Below are positions 1 through 9,847 of a DNA stretch of 64,000 bases, piece by piece. How positions within the stretch are numbered: the stretch's first letter is position 1; each line of letters opens with the position of its first letter. The stretch is taken from positions 1 through 64,000 of the forward strand of contig JBHLPR010000004.1 of NCBI GenBank assembly GCA_048939245.1. The letters run 5' to 3'. This DNA comes from Promethearchaeota archaeon. GTDB lineage: Archaea; Asgardarchaeota; Hermodarchaeia; Hermodarchaeales; Hermodarchaeaceae. Below the pieces are notes generated by a model. That model saw only the letters and a program-made list of their open reading frames with translations. It was not told the origin of the DNA and searched no databases. The position numbers and the translations under genes were made by a program.

Positions 1-2082
1 AATGGCTTCTTGGAAATTTGACATATTTACTTGTGAAGCCTCCATATTATTGCGAAGGACAGCTAGGACGGCTTTACGACAGACATTCTGGATATCTGCA
101 CCAGAGAATCCTTCAGTCGCAGAGGCGAGTTCATCGATTTTAACATCTTCAGCAAGGGGCATATTTCGAGTATGGACTGCAAAAATTGCCTGTCGTGCCT
201 TTTGATTTGGAGGAGGAGTGAACACGAAAATGTCGAAGCGACCTGGTCGAAGTAGTGCATCATCAATCATGTCTGGGCGATTTGTGGCGGCCAGCACGAC
301 GACGCTTTCAAGTTCTTCCATTCCATCCATTTCGACTAATAATTGATTTACAATACGTTCACTTACCCGGCTATCAAAGCCGGATCCACGGCGTGGAGCA
401 ATATTATCGAGTTCATCGATGAATAGTATCGAAGGGGCTGTTTGTCGGGCTCGACGAAAAATCTCCGCAATGATTTTTTCCGATTCACCGACCCATTTGC
501 TCATAACTTCAGCACCGCGAATACTAATGAAATTCGCCTGGCTTTCAGTCGCCACCGCCTTCGCTAAGAGAGTCTTTCCAGTTCCTGGAGGACCGAAAAG
601 CATAACTCCCTTTGGAGGTGTGATATTGAATCGGGTAAACACATCAGGACGAGTTATCGGTAATTCAACCGCTTCCCGTAATGCTTGTTTAGCAGATTCC
701 ATGCCTCCAACATCATCCCAATGAACCATCGGAATTTCAACTGCAATCTCTCGAAGCGCAGAGGGCTCAACGAGTTGACGAGCAGTTTTGAAATCATTAT
801 CGGTAACGACAATCTGATTGATAATATCAGGGGGGATTTGCATGTGTTTTTCTTCGATTTTTGGAAGCACGCGTCGTAGGGCTCCTAAGGCTGCTTCTTT
901 TACTAAAAACGCCAGGTCCGAGCCCACAAATCCGTGAGTCCCTTGGGCTATTTCTAATAAGTTAACAGACTCGTCTAGGGGAACACCCCGTGTATGAACG
1001 CGAAGAATATCATGACGCCCGCGAGTATCTGGTACTGCGATGTGAATTTCACGGTCAAACCGACCCGGTCGTCGCAGCGCTGGATCAACCGCGTCTAACC
1101 TGTTTGTCGCTGCAAGTACAAAGACTTGATCCCGATCCTGAAGTCCATCCATGAGAGTTAATAGTTGAGCGACAATCCGGCTTTCCATTCCTCCGGATTC
1201 GCGTCGTGCTGCAATAGCATCGATTTCATCGATGAAGATGATTGCAGGTTTATTCTTTTCCGCTTCTTGAAAGGCATCACGGAGGAATTTTTCGGATTCG
1301 CCGTAATATTGACTGACAATTTCGGGACCATTAATAGCCCGAAAGAAGGCTTCACTTTCTGTTGCGACAGTTCTAGCCAGAAGAGTTTTTCCACACCCTG
1401 GAGGGCCATGGAGAAGCACACCCCGGGGAGGTTCAATTTTTAATCGTGCATAGAGCTCAGGGTGACGAATTGGGAGTTCCACAATCTCTCGAATTCGTGA
1501 AATCACATCATCTAACCCACCTACATCATCGTAGGTAGCTGTTGGAATGGATGGTGTTTCTTCATGAGCTTGTTTTCGAAGCTCAAGCGTGGTATTTGCA
1601 TTGACAAGAACATTGCCTACCGGCACTGTCTTTGCAACGTAAAACTTTGCTTCACCCAAGGCAAATGCAGCTCTTCCCACAGCAATAATGATATCTTTCT
1701 TGATTGGCTTATCTAACAAATTGGTTTTCAAAAGTGAGGTAGCTAATTCCTCGCGATATTCAATCTCTTCGCCCTTGAGTGGCGTCAAGACAACACTCCT
1801 TGCAGGCTGTGCTTCAATTCCATGAATTGTGACTATATCCCCGATTCGAACTCCAGCATTCAATCGAGTTAATCCGTCCATTTTGATGACAGTCTTATTC
1901 TGGATAGTGGAATCGCGGACTGCAAGCGCACACACGCTTTTTTTCCCTGTAATCTCAACGAGTGAACCATCTGCTAGCTGTAATTGGTCTAGTACAGCAG
2001 GGTCAAGGCGTACTGTAAATCGACCCACGTCCACTGCACTCGCCTCTGCAACACGAACCGATGTAACACTCAGATTAGCCAC
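1..2082 (-). CDS. cdc48: CDC48/p97/VCP-family AAA+ ATPase (3' end runs off the window)
   Basis: Not in the ORF track; read by hand from GTG at 2082 (MANLSVTSVRVAEASAVDVGRFTVRLDPA...). Two Walker A motifs (GPPGCGKT, GPPGTGKT), FIDEID/FIDELD Walker B and RPGRFD motifs. The position-1 end is in the same frame (..EGFSGADIQNVCRKA..NFQEAI). Confidence 0.95.
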   Translation of the reverse strand, partial: MANLSVTSVRVAEASAVDVGRFTVRLDPAVLDQLQLADGSLVEITGKKSVCALAVRDSTIQNKTVIKMDGLTRLNAGVRIGDIVTIHGIEAQPARSVVLTPLKGEEIEYREELATSLLKTNLLDKPIKKDIIIAVGRAAFALGEAKFYVAKTVPVGNVLVNANTTLELRKQAHEETPSIPTATYDDVGGLDDVISRIREIVELPIRHPELYARLKIEPPRGVLLHGPPGCGKTLLARTVATESEAFFRAINGPEIVSQYYGESEKFLRDAFQEAEKNKPAIIFIDEIDAIAARRESGGMESRIVAQLLTLMDGLQDRDQVFVLAATNRLDAVDPALRRPGRFDREIHIAVPDTRGRHDILRVHTRGVPLDESVNLLEIAQGTHGFVGSDLAFLVKEAALGALRRVLPKIEEKHMQIPPDIINQIVVTDNDFKTARQLVEPSALREIAVEIPMVHWDDVGGMESAKQALREAVELPITRPDVFTRFNITPPKGVMLFGPPGTGKTLLAKAVATESQANFISIRGAEVMSKWVGESEKIIAEIFRRARQTAPSILFIDELDNIAPRRGSGFDSRVSERIVNQLLVEMDGMEELESVVVLAATNRPDMIDDALLRPGRFDIFVFTPPPNQKARQAIFAVHTRNMPLAEDVKIDELASATEGFSGADIQNVCRKAVLAVLRNNMEASQVNMSNFQEAI

Positions 2083-2165
2083 ACTCCAACAGTGAATTGG
2101 ATAGGGGAGTATTTGGTATTACCCACGCGAGTAGCATATTTAACTCCGGCGCCTGATAGGTGAAT

Positions 2166-3053
2166 ATGGGTCGAAAGCCTATGACCACCACAAAGCAGCC
2201 TTCCATCCTTTTTTCCACAGCACATAATGAAGAACTTGCCCCTAATGAACCTGAACTCGCCCATCTAATTAAATTACTTGAAGCCAATGGAATGATACCA
2301 GTAACCCAAAAGACACTCCTATCAGAGGAAGATCTTTCAAAGGCTCATGTCGTTGTACTGGGAAATCCTTTTGATTCCTTGCTTCAGGAACAGGAGATCA
2401 AAACGATAATGTCTTTTGTTGAATCTGGTGGCGGCTTACTACTAATGAGTGGCGGCACAATATTTGGGAAGGGAGGAGATGTCGCACGGAATACAAATCT
2501 CAATGAGCTCGCGGTCCACTTTGGATTCAAATTTGCTGATAGAGCACTCGAAAAATCTGCAGATACACCAGAAGAACTTTTCACAGCTGTTCCTGCTGGC
2601 AAACACCCTGCCTTGGCAGGAATTGATCAAGTGTATTTAACATCTGGCGTCAGTCTGCTGGCTGAAGATACAAACATCCATTTGCTCCGTATAGCCAATG
2701 TCCCAGGAACGCCCACAATCGCAATTGCTACTGAAAAAAAGGAGGGCCGTGTAATCGGCTTTGGAGGAGGAGCCTTCTTTTTCAATCATTATATTGACGC
2801 TAATAACCACGAAGAGTTCATTGTACAGTTATTTCGATGGCTGGCAGGGGTACCAACAGAGTCCTCGGTTCAAAAGCTCACAATGTCCTTAAGTACTATA
2901 GAGGAATCAACAACCAGATCTATTGCTGATCTTCGACAACAGCTCAATAGGATTGAAGAAGAGCTTGCAGGTCTCAAAGAAGTAATTAATACTAGTGTTA
3001 AAGAAATGGAAAAACTTGTGCGACAGTTCAAAGAAGAAACGAAGGAGAGCTAA
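2166..3053 (+). CDS. GIFT (GldG/IFT52-like, DUF4350-like) domain protein with C-terminal coiled coil
   Basis: ILFSTAHNE, VVVLGNP, FVESGGGLLL, NLNELAVHFG, GRVIGFGG and NNHEEFIVQLFRWLA fit the class I glutamine-amidotransferase-like GIFT fold. The last ~45 aa form a heptad repeat. Start is uncertain (2160, 2166 or 2181). Confidence 0.7.
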   Translation: MGRKPMTTTKQPSILFSTAHNEELAPNEPELAHLIKLLEANGMIPVTQKTLLSEEDLSKAHVVVLGNPFDSLLQEQEIKTIMSFVESGGGLLLMSGGTIFGKGGDVARNTNLNELAVHFGFKFADRALEKSADTPEELFTAVPAGKHPALAGIDQVYLTSGVSLLAEDTNIHLLRIANVPGTPTIAIATEKKEGRVIGFGGGAFFFNHYIDANNHEEFIVQLFRWLAGVPTESSVQKLTMSLSTIEESTTRSIADLRQQLNRIEEELAGLKEVINTSVKEMEKLVRQFKEETKES

Positions 3054-3712
3054 CCTGTATAGGAAACTAGTTGTTCGATCATAATCCTTCGTTCCAATTC
3101 TACAGCGCCTTGATTTTGGAGGGTGAAGTAATCAAGCATCACTTGAAAAACTGGTTGGTTAAGCGTTTGAGCAAGGTCTTCGATGGATCGCTGGCCATCA
3201 ACAAGATCTAATAAGGGATGGAATTGTTCGGCGATTTGGTTTTTCGGCATCGTGTGTACGCGTACCGGAACATATCGTTCGGAGACTGCAAAAGGACGAA
3301 AGAGTAAATCGATTTGTGGTGCAATATCTCGAAAATGGCCTAAATCACCAAGCCAGTTCTCTAAGACCTCGCTGTGCTCTCGCTCCATAATATTGATGAG
3401 GGCACGCATACGTTCGCGAATAGCAGCCAAATCATGGGTCGAAAATACTGCGACATAAATGTTCTTACCATATTCTAAGAGTATCTTGACATCTTCTCGG
3501 TCAATAACGCGTAAGCGTCCATCTTCGCGTTCTAATGCATGTAATTGTTGCCCAGTTTCCGAGATGCGACCAACCAAGTCAGATAAAAACATACTCACTG
3601 CCGAGAGAAAGCCAGTCACAAGATCTGGCTCCATATTCTCAATTTGAAAGTCTTTTTGGAGCAAGGTTCGACCATCACGATAGACGACATAAAGACTATA
3701 CAAATGAGCCAT
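3050..3712 (-). CDS. Longin-like domain + C-terminal winged helix protein (NPRL2-like architecture)
   Basis: N-terminal LYVVYRDGRTLL...PDLVTGFLSAVSMF...KILLEYGKNIYVAVF is typical of Asgard longin domains. C-terminal YVPV...LLDLVDGQRSIEDLAQTL...LQNQGAVEL is a winged helix. Confidence 0.7.
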   Translation of the reverse strand: MAHLYSLYVVYRDGRTLLQKDFQIENMEPDLVTGFLSAVSMFLSDLVGRISETGQQLHALEREDGRLRVIDREDVKILLEYGKNIYVAVFSTHDLAAIRERMRALINIMEREHSEVLENWLGDLGHFRDIAPQIDLLFRPFAVSERYVPVRVHTMPKNQIAEQFHPLLDLVDGQRSIEDLAQTLNQPVFQVMLDYFTLQNQGAVELERRIMIEQLVSYTG

Positions 3713-3769
3713 TCACAGTCAACCTTCATTTCATTGATTGCCCGGAGACGGTAAAAGGTTTGCGAGAAC

Positions 3770-6358
3770 TCATCGAACTCGCTGTGCAATTCGATGGATT
3801 TCGCTAATAATTTCTACTGGAGAGGTCAGTTCCTCACCAAGATAAGTTCGACCTCCAGTAATATAAGCCATATAAAAGGCAAGAAAAGGTATGAGTTTGT
3901 CCTCAGTGATTCCAACTTCAATATAATTGGAAATATCAAGTTCCTGAGCTCGTTTCCGTACCCAATCTAAGATGACATCATGGTGTTGTTTCTGTTTTAT
4001 TGGAAAGAATTCGTGGTGAAGGTTGATTGTCACTAGAGGGATGTGGTCTTTACCAAGTAAGTGACATTGATGGAGAACATCTGCAATCGCTTCTGGTAAT
4101 CCGATATCTGGAGTATCAGAATTAACCAATTGGATATTTGGTAGAAAATCGCTGAACACGACCACGATGGGAAGGGTACCAGGATTTCGTCGACGTTCAC
4201 GTTTAATTGTCTCACGAGCCCGTTTTAATCCAGCTGCGAGAGGAGTATAACCAGATAATCGAAGAGTCATGAATTTGGCAACTAGTCTCGTCCAGTTGGT
4301 TGTGGGGGCTTGTACTTCTATAGCTCCCCAGTCTTTCAATGCAATGAGTCCAACACGATCCCGAGTTCCCTCTAGGCAAGTTTTGAAGGCAATTAGTGAG
4401 AGTTGAAGTTTATCAAAGCTTTTGAGCATTGAGATGCTCAAATCGACCACAAAGATGATTGTGAGGGGGGTCCAGCTCTGAAAACGTTTTTCACGAACAT
4501 CAGGAGATTGAATGTGAATTCGAGGTTTTTGTGTAATTTGGGGATCTGTATGCAGGGCTGCGGCTTTGATAGTTGCAGGAATATGAATGTTGTGTGGAGA
4601 ACCTTTTGGGAGGCCAGAACCGAGAAGTACTCCACCTTCTGCTTGTCTCGAATGGATTGATCCTGCACGTCGTCCGACTTGTCGAATTGACCATTTGGGG
4701 GCTCGTTGGCGTCCAAAATAGCGGGGTTCAAGAAAATCTTTGAAATCAAAGAGCGGTTTACCTTCATCCATTCTGATAAGCGAAGAAGACACTACAGGTG
4801 TTCCGGAACTAGTTGGGGGTTGTGATGGTTGGTCTGCTTTGGGTGGAGTAGTGCTAGTCGTGGGCGGTGCGGTGGATTCTCCCCGATGTTTGGCACGGCG
4901 ATATTTTCCCCTGAAATCAGGCGATTGATCTCCCTGTGCAAGTGCGGGCATAACGGAACCGGCTCGTTTTTGATAGCGATATAACCGTTCTAATAGAACA
5001 ATTAATCCTGCTGAGATGACTCCCCCAATAATGAAATTAATTGGAAAAGGGAGTGGAAGGACAAGTCCAATAGCAGCTGCAATCACCATGAAGAAACATA
5101 CAAATCCAGTGTACGAGCAGCGTCCGGCAGCGCCCCTCCTAGGGGGGTTTCCGAAAAAACGCTCGCCATCCTGACTACTATCCAATGGATGGTGTTGTTT
5201 GAATTTGTTGGTAAGTTTTTCATGTGTATCTTTTGTAAATGGATCTTTGTCCTTGGAACGAGGTGTTTGGGTCTTGACCTTTTTTCTCGCTTCTTTCATA
5301 ACATTTTGAATTTCGTCGCCTGAAGGTGGTTCAAGAATTCCTCGTTGGCGTGTGCGATGGCTAAGAGCTAGTGGAGCGATGATTTCGACATCTTCAGCAG
5401 AAACCGTGGTTCGTCCGTCGAAGGCAGCAAAAGCCATTGCGGTTTTAGCAATCACGATATCGGGACGGGCTCCATCTACTTGGAGCTGAGTAGTTAAGTG
5501 AGCAATGATTTGCATGATGTCATCAGAGATTTCCACAGTTTTCATTCGTTCACGGGCTGTAGAAATTTCTTCTCGTAACTTTTCTTCTTTTGGTGCCCAT
5601 TTCTCTTGGAGGGATTGAGGATTCTGTTCAAAATCGATGTTTAATTTGATAATTTGAACGCGTTCTTCAGTGGAGAACGGACGTTGGAGGGCTACATGGA
5701 GTGGAAACCGATCGAGAAGTTGTGGTCGGAGTTCACCTTCTTCAGGGTTCATAGAACCAATAAAAATGAAACGAGCAGGATGACTCACAGAGATTCCTTC
5801 TCTTTCAACAACGTTGATGCCTGTGGCTGCAGCGTCAAGAAGAGAGTCAACAATATGATCAGGGAGAAGATTAACTTCGTCAACGTAGAGGATATTCTGG
5901 TTGGCATCTGCAAGAATTCCTGGTCGTAGTGCAGCCTCCCCTTCACGAATAGCTCTTTCAACATCTAAGCTACCAACTACCCGATCCTCCGTGGCGCTGA
6001 GGGGGAGATTTACTACGCGCATTTTTTGCATTATGGTGTCTAATTTCTTGGTCTTTCTGAGTTTTTCACTACATGCTGAACAAAGCCCGATTGTATCATC
6101 AGGGGCACACCGAAATTGACAGCCTTTAACAACAGGAATCTCTGGCAGAAGCGCCGCGAGTGAACGAACGACTGTAGTTTTTCCAGTTCCCTTCGGACCT
6201 GTAATTAGAAGTCCACCAATGCTGGGGTTAATTGCATTGAGTATTAGAGCAAGTTTGAGCTCCTCATGGTTAACGAATGCAGTGAAAGGAAGGACATTTC
6301 GTCTCACGGTTTTCGCTTCAGGGACCAAATAATGAACCTCTACAATTTCTCTCTGCAT
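3770..6358 (-). CDS. ChlI/ChlD-type chelatase-like AAA+ ATPase fused to a two-TM hairpin and a VWA domain
   Basis: [38 protein letters not shown] and [15 protein letters not shown] mark the ChlI AAA+ domain. A hydrophobic stretch lies at about aa 418-457. VWA MIDAS motifs are [15 protein letters not shown] and VVFSD. Confidence 0.88.
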   Translation of the reverse strand: MQREIVEVHYLVPEAKTVRRNVLPFTAFVNHEELKLALILNAINPSIGGLLITGPKGTGKTTVVRSLAALLPEIPVVKGCQFRCAPDDTIGLCSACSEKLRKTKKLDTIMQKMRVVNLPLSATEDRVVGSLDVERAIREGEAALRPGILADANQNILYVDEVNLLPDHIVDSLLDAAATGINVVEREGISVSHPARFIFIGSMNPEEGELRPQLLDRFPLHVALQRPFSTEERVQIIKLNIDFEQNPQSLQEKWAPKEEKLREEISTARERMKTVEISDDIMQIIAHLTTQLQVDGARPDIVIAKTAMAFAAFDGRTTVSAEDVEIIAPLALSHRTRQRGILEPPSGDEIQNVMKEARKKVKTQTPRSKDKDPFTKDTHEKLTNKFKQHHPLDSSQDGERFFGNPPRRGAAGRCSYTGFVCFFMVIAAAIGLVLPLPFPINFIIGGVISAGLIVLLERLYRYQKRAGSVMPALAQGDQSPDFRGKYRRAKHRGESTAPPTTSTTPPKADQPSQPPTSSGTPVVSSSLIRMDEGKPLFDFKDFLEPRYFGRQRAPKWSIRQVGRRAGSIHSRQAEGGVLLGSGLPKGSPHNIHIPATIKAAALHTDPQITQKPRIHIQSPDVREKRFQSWTPLTIIFVVDLSISMLKSFDKLQLSLIAFKTCLEGTRDRVGLIALKDWGAIEVQAPTTNWTRLVAKFMTLRLSGYTPLAAGLKRARETIKRERRRNPGTLPIVVVFSDFLPNIQLVNSDTPDIGLPEAIADVLHQCHLLGKDHIPLVTINLHHEFFPIKQKQHHDVILDWVRKRAQELDISNYIEVGITEDKLIPFLAFYMAYITGGRTYLGEELTSPVEIISEIHRIAQRVR
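5139..5159 (-). other. Candidate -1 programmed ribosomal frameshift site
   Basis: In-frame CGT TTT TTC GGA AAC CCC CCT AGG gives slippery heptamers T_TTT_TTC, A_AAC_CCC and C_CCC_CCT. The -1 frame reads TTT TTT CGG AAA CCC CCC TAG. A GC-rich foldable stretch follows. Confidence 0.6.
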
Positions 6359-6467
6359 TCAGCTTATAGAACTTTGGGAAGATGCACCACCAAGGCTGAA
6401 ATATACGTTGTCAAGAAATGCGTTATTCGGGCAAAAGCTTTAGTCTGGGTGAATACTCCTTGTAGGT

Positions 6468-6986
6468 ATGACCAGTAAGGTGCCAAAGGATCTTCGAAGT
6501 GGGCTTATCGCTGCCTATAAGGCGGCGCGTAATCATCTCCAATATATTGTCTCTGATTTAACGTCAGAACAGGCAGGAAAAGAACCGGTTCCTGAATCAC
6601 GCACGATTCTCTATTATTTGACACATATTGCAAATTCTGAACTCTATTGGCTCTCGGCATCGGGGCGAAAGGTCATAGTGTATGCGAAAACAGTTCCCCT
6701 TGATATTGCCTTAGATCTTTTAGAAGATGTTCGAAAACGAATACTTCGGGAACTCAGAGATTGCCCAGAGGATGAGCTGGTGTTCCAACCACCTACCAAG
6801 AAGCAAAAACCGAGTTTGGGTTGGTTGGTTTCACATATTACACTTCACACACTATATCACTCGGGTGAGATTATTTATGCACGCTATGCTGTTGGTGGCT
6901 CGGATTTGCCTAATGACGAACTTGAAGAATATTGGGGAAAAATGATGGAAACCATCACGCAGCTGATCTTCTTAGTAAAACAGTAA
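6468..6986 (+). CDS. DinB/YfiT family protein
   Basis: LTHIANSELYW and HITLHTLYHSGEI give the DinB His triad. Confidence 0.85.
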   Translation: MTSKVPKDLRSGLIAAYKAARNHLQYIVSDLTSEQAGKEPVPESRTILYYLTHIANSELYWLSASGRKVIVYAKTVPLDIALDLLEDVRKRILRELRDCPEDELVFQPPTKKQKPSLGWLVSHITLHTLYHSGEIIYARYAVGGSDLPNDELEEYWGKMMETITQLIFLVKQ

Positions 6987-7032
6987 ACATTTCATGACAG
7001 CGCCGAAAGAGCCTTGGTTTGTAATTCTCAAT

Positions 7033-7566
7033 TTATCCAAAAGTGAGTGTGGAAAACGCTTTTTCAAAGATTGAATATGAGGCGGGATCAAAGAGACAAA
7101 AGACGATGCGACGAAGTGATGTTTTTGATTCACGAACGAATTCCAGTGTGGTTGAGAGAATGATATCTGCGGCGCGTTCTTTAGGAAAACCAAAAATACC
7201 AGTACTAATCGCTGGAAAGGCGATACTTCGTAAGCGTTTGGAGTTAGCAAGTTTTAATGCGTTATGAACTGCATTGGCGAGTTTGGCATCTTCGCCGCCC
7301 TCGCCCCATTGAGGTCCCACAGCATGAATAACATATCGCGCTTTGAGATTTCCACCAGTCGTAAGAACAGCGGTTCCAACTGGTGTTCCACCAATATCAT
7401 CGCATTCTCGTTGTATAGCAGGGCCTCCACGTCGGCGTATTGCTCCTGCGACGCCACCTCCCATTTGAAGTGATTCATTTGCCGCATTAACGATGGCATC
7501 AGTAGCTAGATCTGTGATATCCCCTTGGACAAGTTCGATGGTGACATTATTGATACCCCGCCGCAT
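7033..7566 (-). CDS. Macro domain protein (O-acetyl-ADP-ribose deacetylase/ADP-ribosylhydrolase, MacroD type)
   Basis: GDIT, AIVNAANESLQMGGGVAGAI, VIHAVGP, SIAFPAISTGIFGFP. Confidence 0.95.
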   Translation of the reverse strand: MRRGINNVTIELVQGDITDLATDAIVNAANESLQMGGGVAGAIRRRGGPAIQRECDDIGGTPVGTAVLTTGGNLKARYVIHAVGPQWGEGGEDAKLANAVHNALKLANSKRLRSIAFPAISTGIFGFPKERAADIILSTTLEFVRESKTSLRRIVFCLFDPASYSIFEKAFSTLTFG

Positions 7567-7706
7567 AATTCAACACCCATTCGACCAACCACTATCAGCA
7601 AAAGCTTAGCATCTCGGCTTAAAGGTTTCCCCTCCAAGCTTATCTCAATCGAAATGTGGGCAACACCACTCAGATCCTAAGTATCTGAGACCATAGTGAA
7701 ATTCGG

Positions 7707-8387
7707 TCATGGTAGCAGGGGACCCATGAGTAAACCCGTGAGTCCTGCGATGATGATTAGTATCCAAGCGAGAATAATGAGGAAGAAACAGATGTAGAGT
7801 ATAACACGATGGCCTGAAACGTTGATTAATCCTAGATGTTCATCAAGATAGGTTGTATTGAAAGTAACACGCACATAATATACTGCAGCGATACCCAGGG
7901 GAATCCAAATTAAATCAAGTATCGTCCAAATTGACCCAGTTAGCACAGCTGTGATTCCTGCAAAGACTCCCCCAACGAGAGTAAACAGGTAAAAATCAGC
8001 TAGCACAAAACCAGTGGTTTCCCATAGGACACCAGTAATCATTGCCCCTGGTTCTCCATATCGTTTATTTCGAAATCTTCGACCAAGGTAGCCTACGATA
8101 TAGGCTTCAATCCCCCGAACAGCTAATACCCCAGGAATATAGACTGCAGGTAATCCTGCATAGGTGATTAAAAGCCCTTTGCCCAGAAGCTGGCCTATGA
8201 CTGTGATGATGACACCAATTTCGGGACCATAGAGGATTGCCGCAGCAAAAATCAAAACCGAAGATGCATCGAGGCTTCCTAAGGGTGTGGGAACTACAAT
8301 GCTTGCATATGATAAGACGGCCATAAGTGAACTAAGAATTCCTATTGTGGCGAAGTACATTGACCGCGGTGAAGGTAATTTAGCCAT
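7707..8387 (-). CDS. ECF transporter S component (stand-alone)
   Basis: Real start is MAKLPSPRSMYF at 8387; the longer track ORF is antisense read-through of thiN. About 6-7 TM helices, with IFAAAILYGPEIG and AVRGIEAYIVG motifs. Confidence 0.75.
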   Translation of the reverse strand: MAKLPSPRSMYFATIGILSSLMAVLSYASIVVPTPLGSLDASSVLIFAAAILYGPEIGVIITVIGQLLGKGLLITYAGLPAVYIPGVLAVRGIEAYIVGYLGRRFRNKRYGEPGAMITGVLWETTGFVLADFYLFTLVGGVFAGITAVLTGSIWTILDLIWIPLGIAAVYYVRVTFNTTYLDEHLGLINVSGHRVILYICFFLIILAWILIIIAGLTGLLMGPLLP

Positions 8388-8526
8388 GATAGGTCCCTCG
8401 AAGCGAAGGTAGACAACCTTCCGATGGCGATTGTTATACGGGATGTATATAAGCCTTGTGTAAAAAACCGTACACTCAAAAGGAAGAATTATCAAGAACT
8501 TGGAAGGTTCAACCCACTGAGGGCTT

Positions 8527-9075
8527 ATGATGGCCAACGACCCGTTGAAATTAATCAAACAATTAAACACCAATATCATTGCCCTTACTCGAACGCCCAA
8601 TTTTGCACGATTAGTTCCAGAGGTAGGAAGTAATTTCGTCGCCTGTTTGCCAGGAGCCATCGAACTTTCCCAGGTGGCGGGTTTGACAGGACGCATTATC
8701 TTAATTCGTGGTGAACCGGAACCAGTAGGTGAAGTTGATTTTGGATGGGCCCCATTTATGGGTCGTGTTATTCTCAAAGCCCATGCACTAAATCCTACGA
8801 TTCGGGCAGCCGTATCATTACGGCATTCCAATTCAATCGTTGAAGCTGCGCGTAAGGCGAAATTACAGGTAGTTGGATTTCGGCTAGGAGAACGCAAACC
8901 GGTTCCAGACTGTATGACCTTAGAAGGATTAACGAAATTTGGTTTCGTCCCGGAAGTCCTTTTTGACTGGGGTGCACATGGAGTTGAACCGCTTGTAGTA
9001 GTATTTGGATCAATGCCGAAAGTCGTTACCCAACGCGCTCGAGCAATTTTGAAAGAATTAGTAGTTGATGAGTGA
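8527..9075 (+). CDS. thiN: ThiN-family (thiamine-phosphate synthase-like) domain protein
   Basis: LVPEVGSNF, VAGLTGRI, VDFG, IRAAVSLR and PEVLFDWGAHGVEPLVVVFG. Some catalytic-region residues look diverged (FGWAPFMG). Confidence 0.8.
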   Translation: MMANDPLKLIKQLNTNIIALTRTPNFARLVPEVGSNFVACLPGAIELSQVAGLTGRIILIRGEPEPVGEVDFGWAPFMGRVILKAHALNPTIRAAVSLRHSNSIVEAARKAKLQVVGFRLGERKPVPDCMTLEGLTKFGFVPEVLFDWGAHGVEPLVVVFGSMPKVVTQRARAILKELVVDE

Positions 9076-9847
9076 CTGGAGCTTGACAAACGCTTTAGAA
9101 AAAGTTGGGAAATATAGGCAAGCCGTGAGCCGAGCATTTGGATCGATTGCACAGATGTATGATTCATGGTATCAAACACCTATGGGGCGTTATGTCTGGT
9201 CTGTAGAAACGAATGCGGTTAAAGCCATCCTGCCTCAGGAGATTCATGAAGTTTCCATTGAAATTGGGGTTGGAACAGGAATGGCACTAACCTTCCTTCA
9301 ACAGGTGTCTAAACAGCTTGTGGGAATAGATATTGCCTGGCAAATGCTAACCATTGCACGCCAAAAGACTTTGACCCACGAAAATGTGCATCTTATTCTT
9401 TCAGATGGAGAGCATTTGCCACTACGAGGGGAATGTACGAATCTAATCTTGGGCATGACAATATTAGAGTTCATAGCTGACCAGGATCAATTCCTACACG
9501 AAATCTTTCGATGCCTTTGCCCTGCAGGTCATCTCATATTAGGAGTGCTGGCATCAACCAATCTTTGGGCTATTGAACGACGAATCCGCAACCTAGCTCA
9601 GCAAGATGTCTTTGAGCTTGCACGATTTCCAAGCCCCTGGCAAGTAATCCGCATCCTACGTGAAAATGGATTTTCCCAGGTCACTTACCGGGGGTCAGTG
9701 TACGCTCCACCCTTTGCATCCGCACGATGTCTACCGGCTTTTCATTACCTTGATATGAAACTGGGTACTCGATGGCTAAGTCGAGCATTTGGTGCGTTTC
9801 TGGTCTTTAATTCGCGACGAAGCGATTCTAAGCAATATGTGAAGTGA
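9068..9847 (+). CDS. Class I SAM-dependent methyltransferase (Methyltransf_11)
   Basis: YDSWYQTPMG, EIGVGTG, GIDIAWQML, DGEHLPL. Overlaps the thiN stop, indicating an operon. Confidence 0.88.
   Translation: MSDWSLTNALEKVGKYRQAVSRAFGSIAQMYDSWYQTPMGRYVWSVETNAVKAILPQEIHEVSIEIGVGTGMALTFLQQVSKQLVGIDIAWQMLTIARQKTLTHENVHLILSDGEHLPLRGECTNLILGMTILEFIADQDQFLHEIFRCLCPAGHLILGVLASTNLWAIERRIRNLAQQDVFELARFPSPWQVIRILRENGFSQVTYRGSVYAPPFASARCLPAFHYLDMKLGTRWLSRAFGAFLVFNSRRSDSKQYVK

Noticed and set aside
8388-8526. Short inverted repeats between ECF-S and thiN as a TPP riboswitch or ThiR box
   Set aside because: No CTGAGA TPP core, and 5-6 bp arms are expected by chance.
8388-9179. N-terminal 264 aa of the 490-aa track ORF 7707..9179
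   Set aside because: It is mostly antisense to thiN with a non-protein-like composition; the membrane protein starts at 8387.
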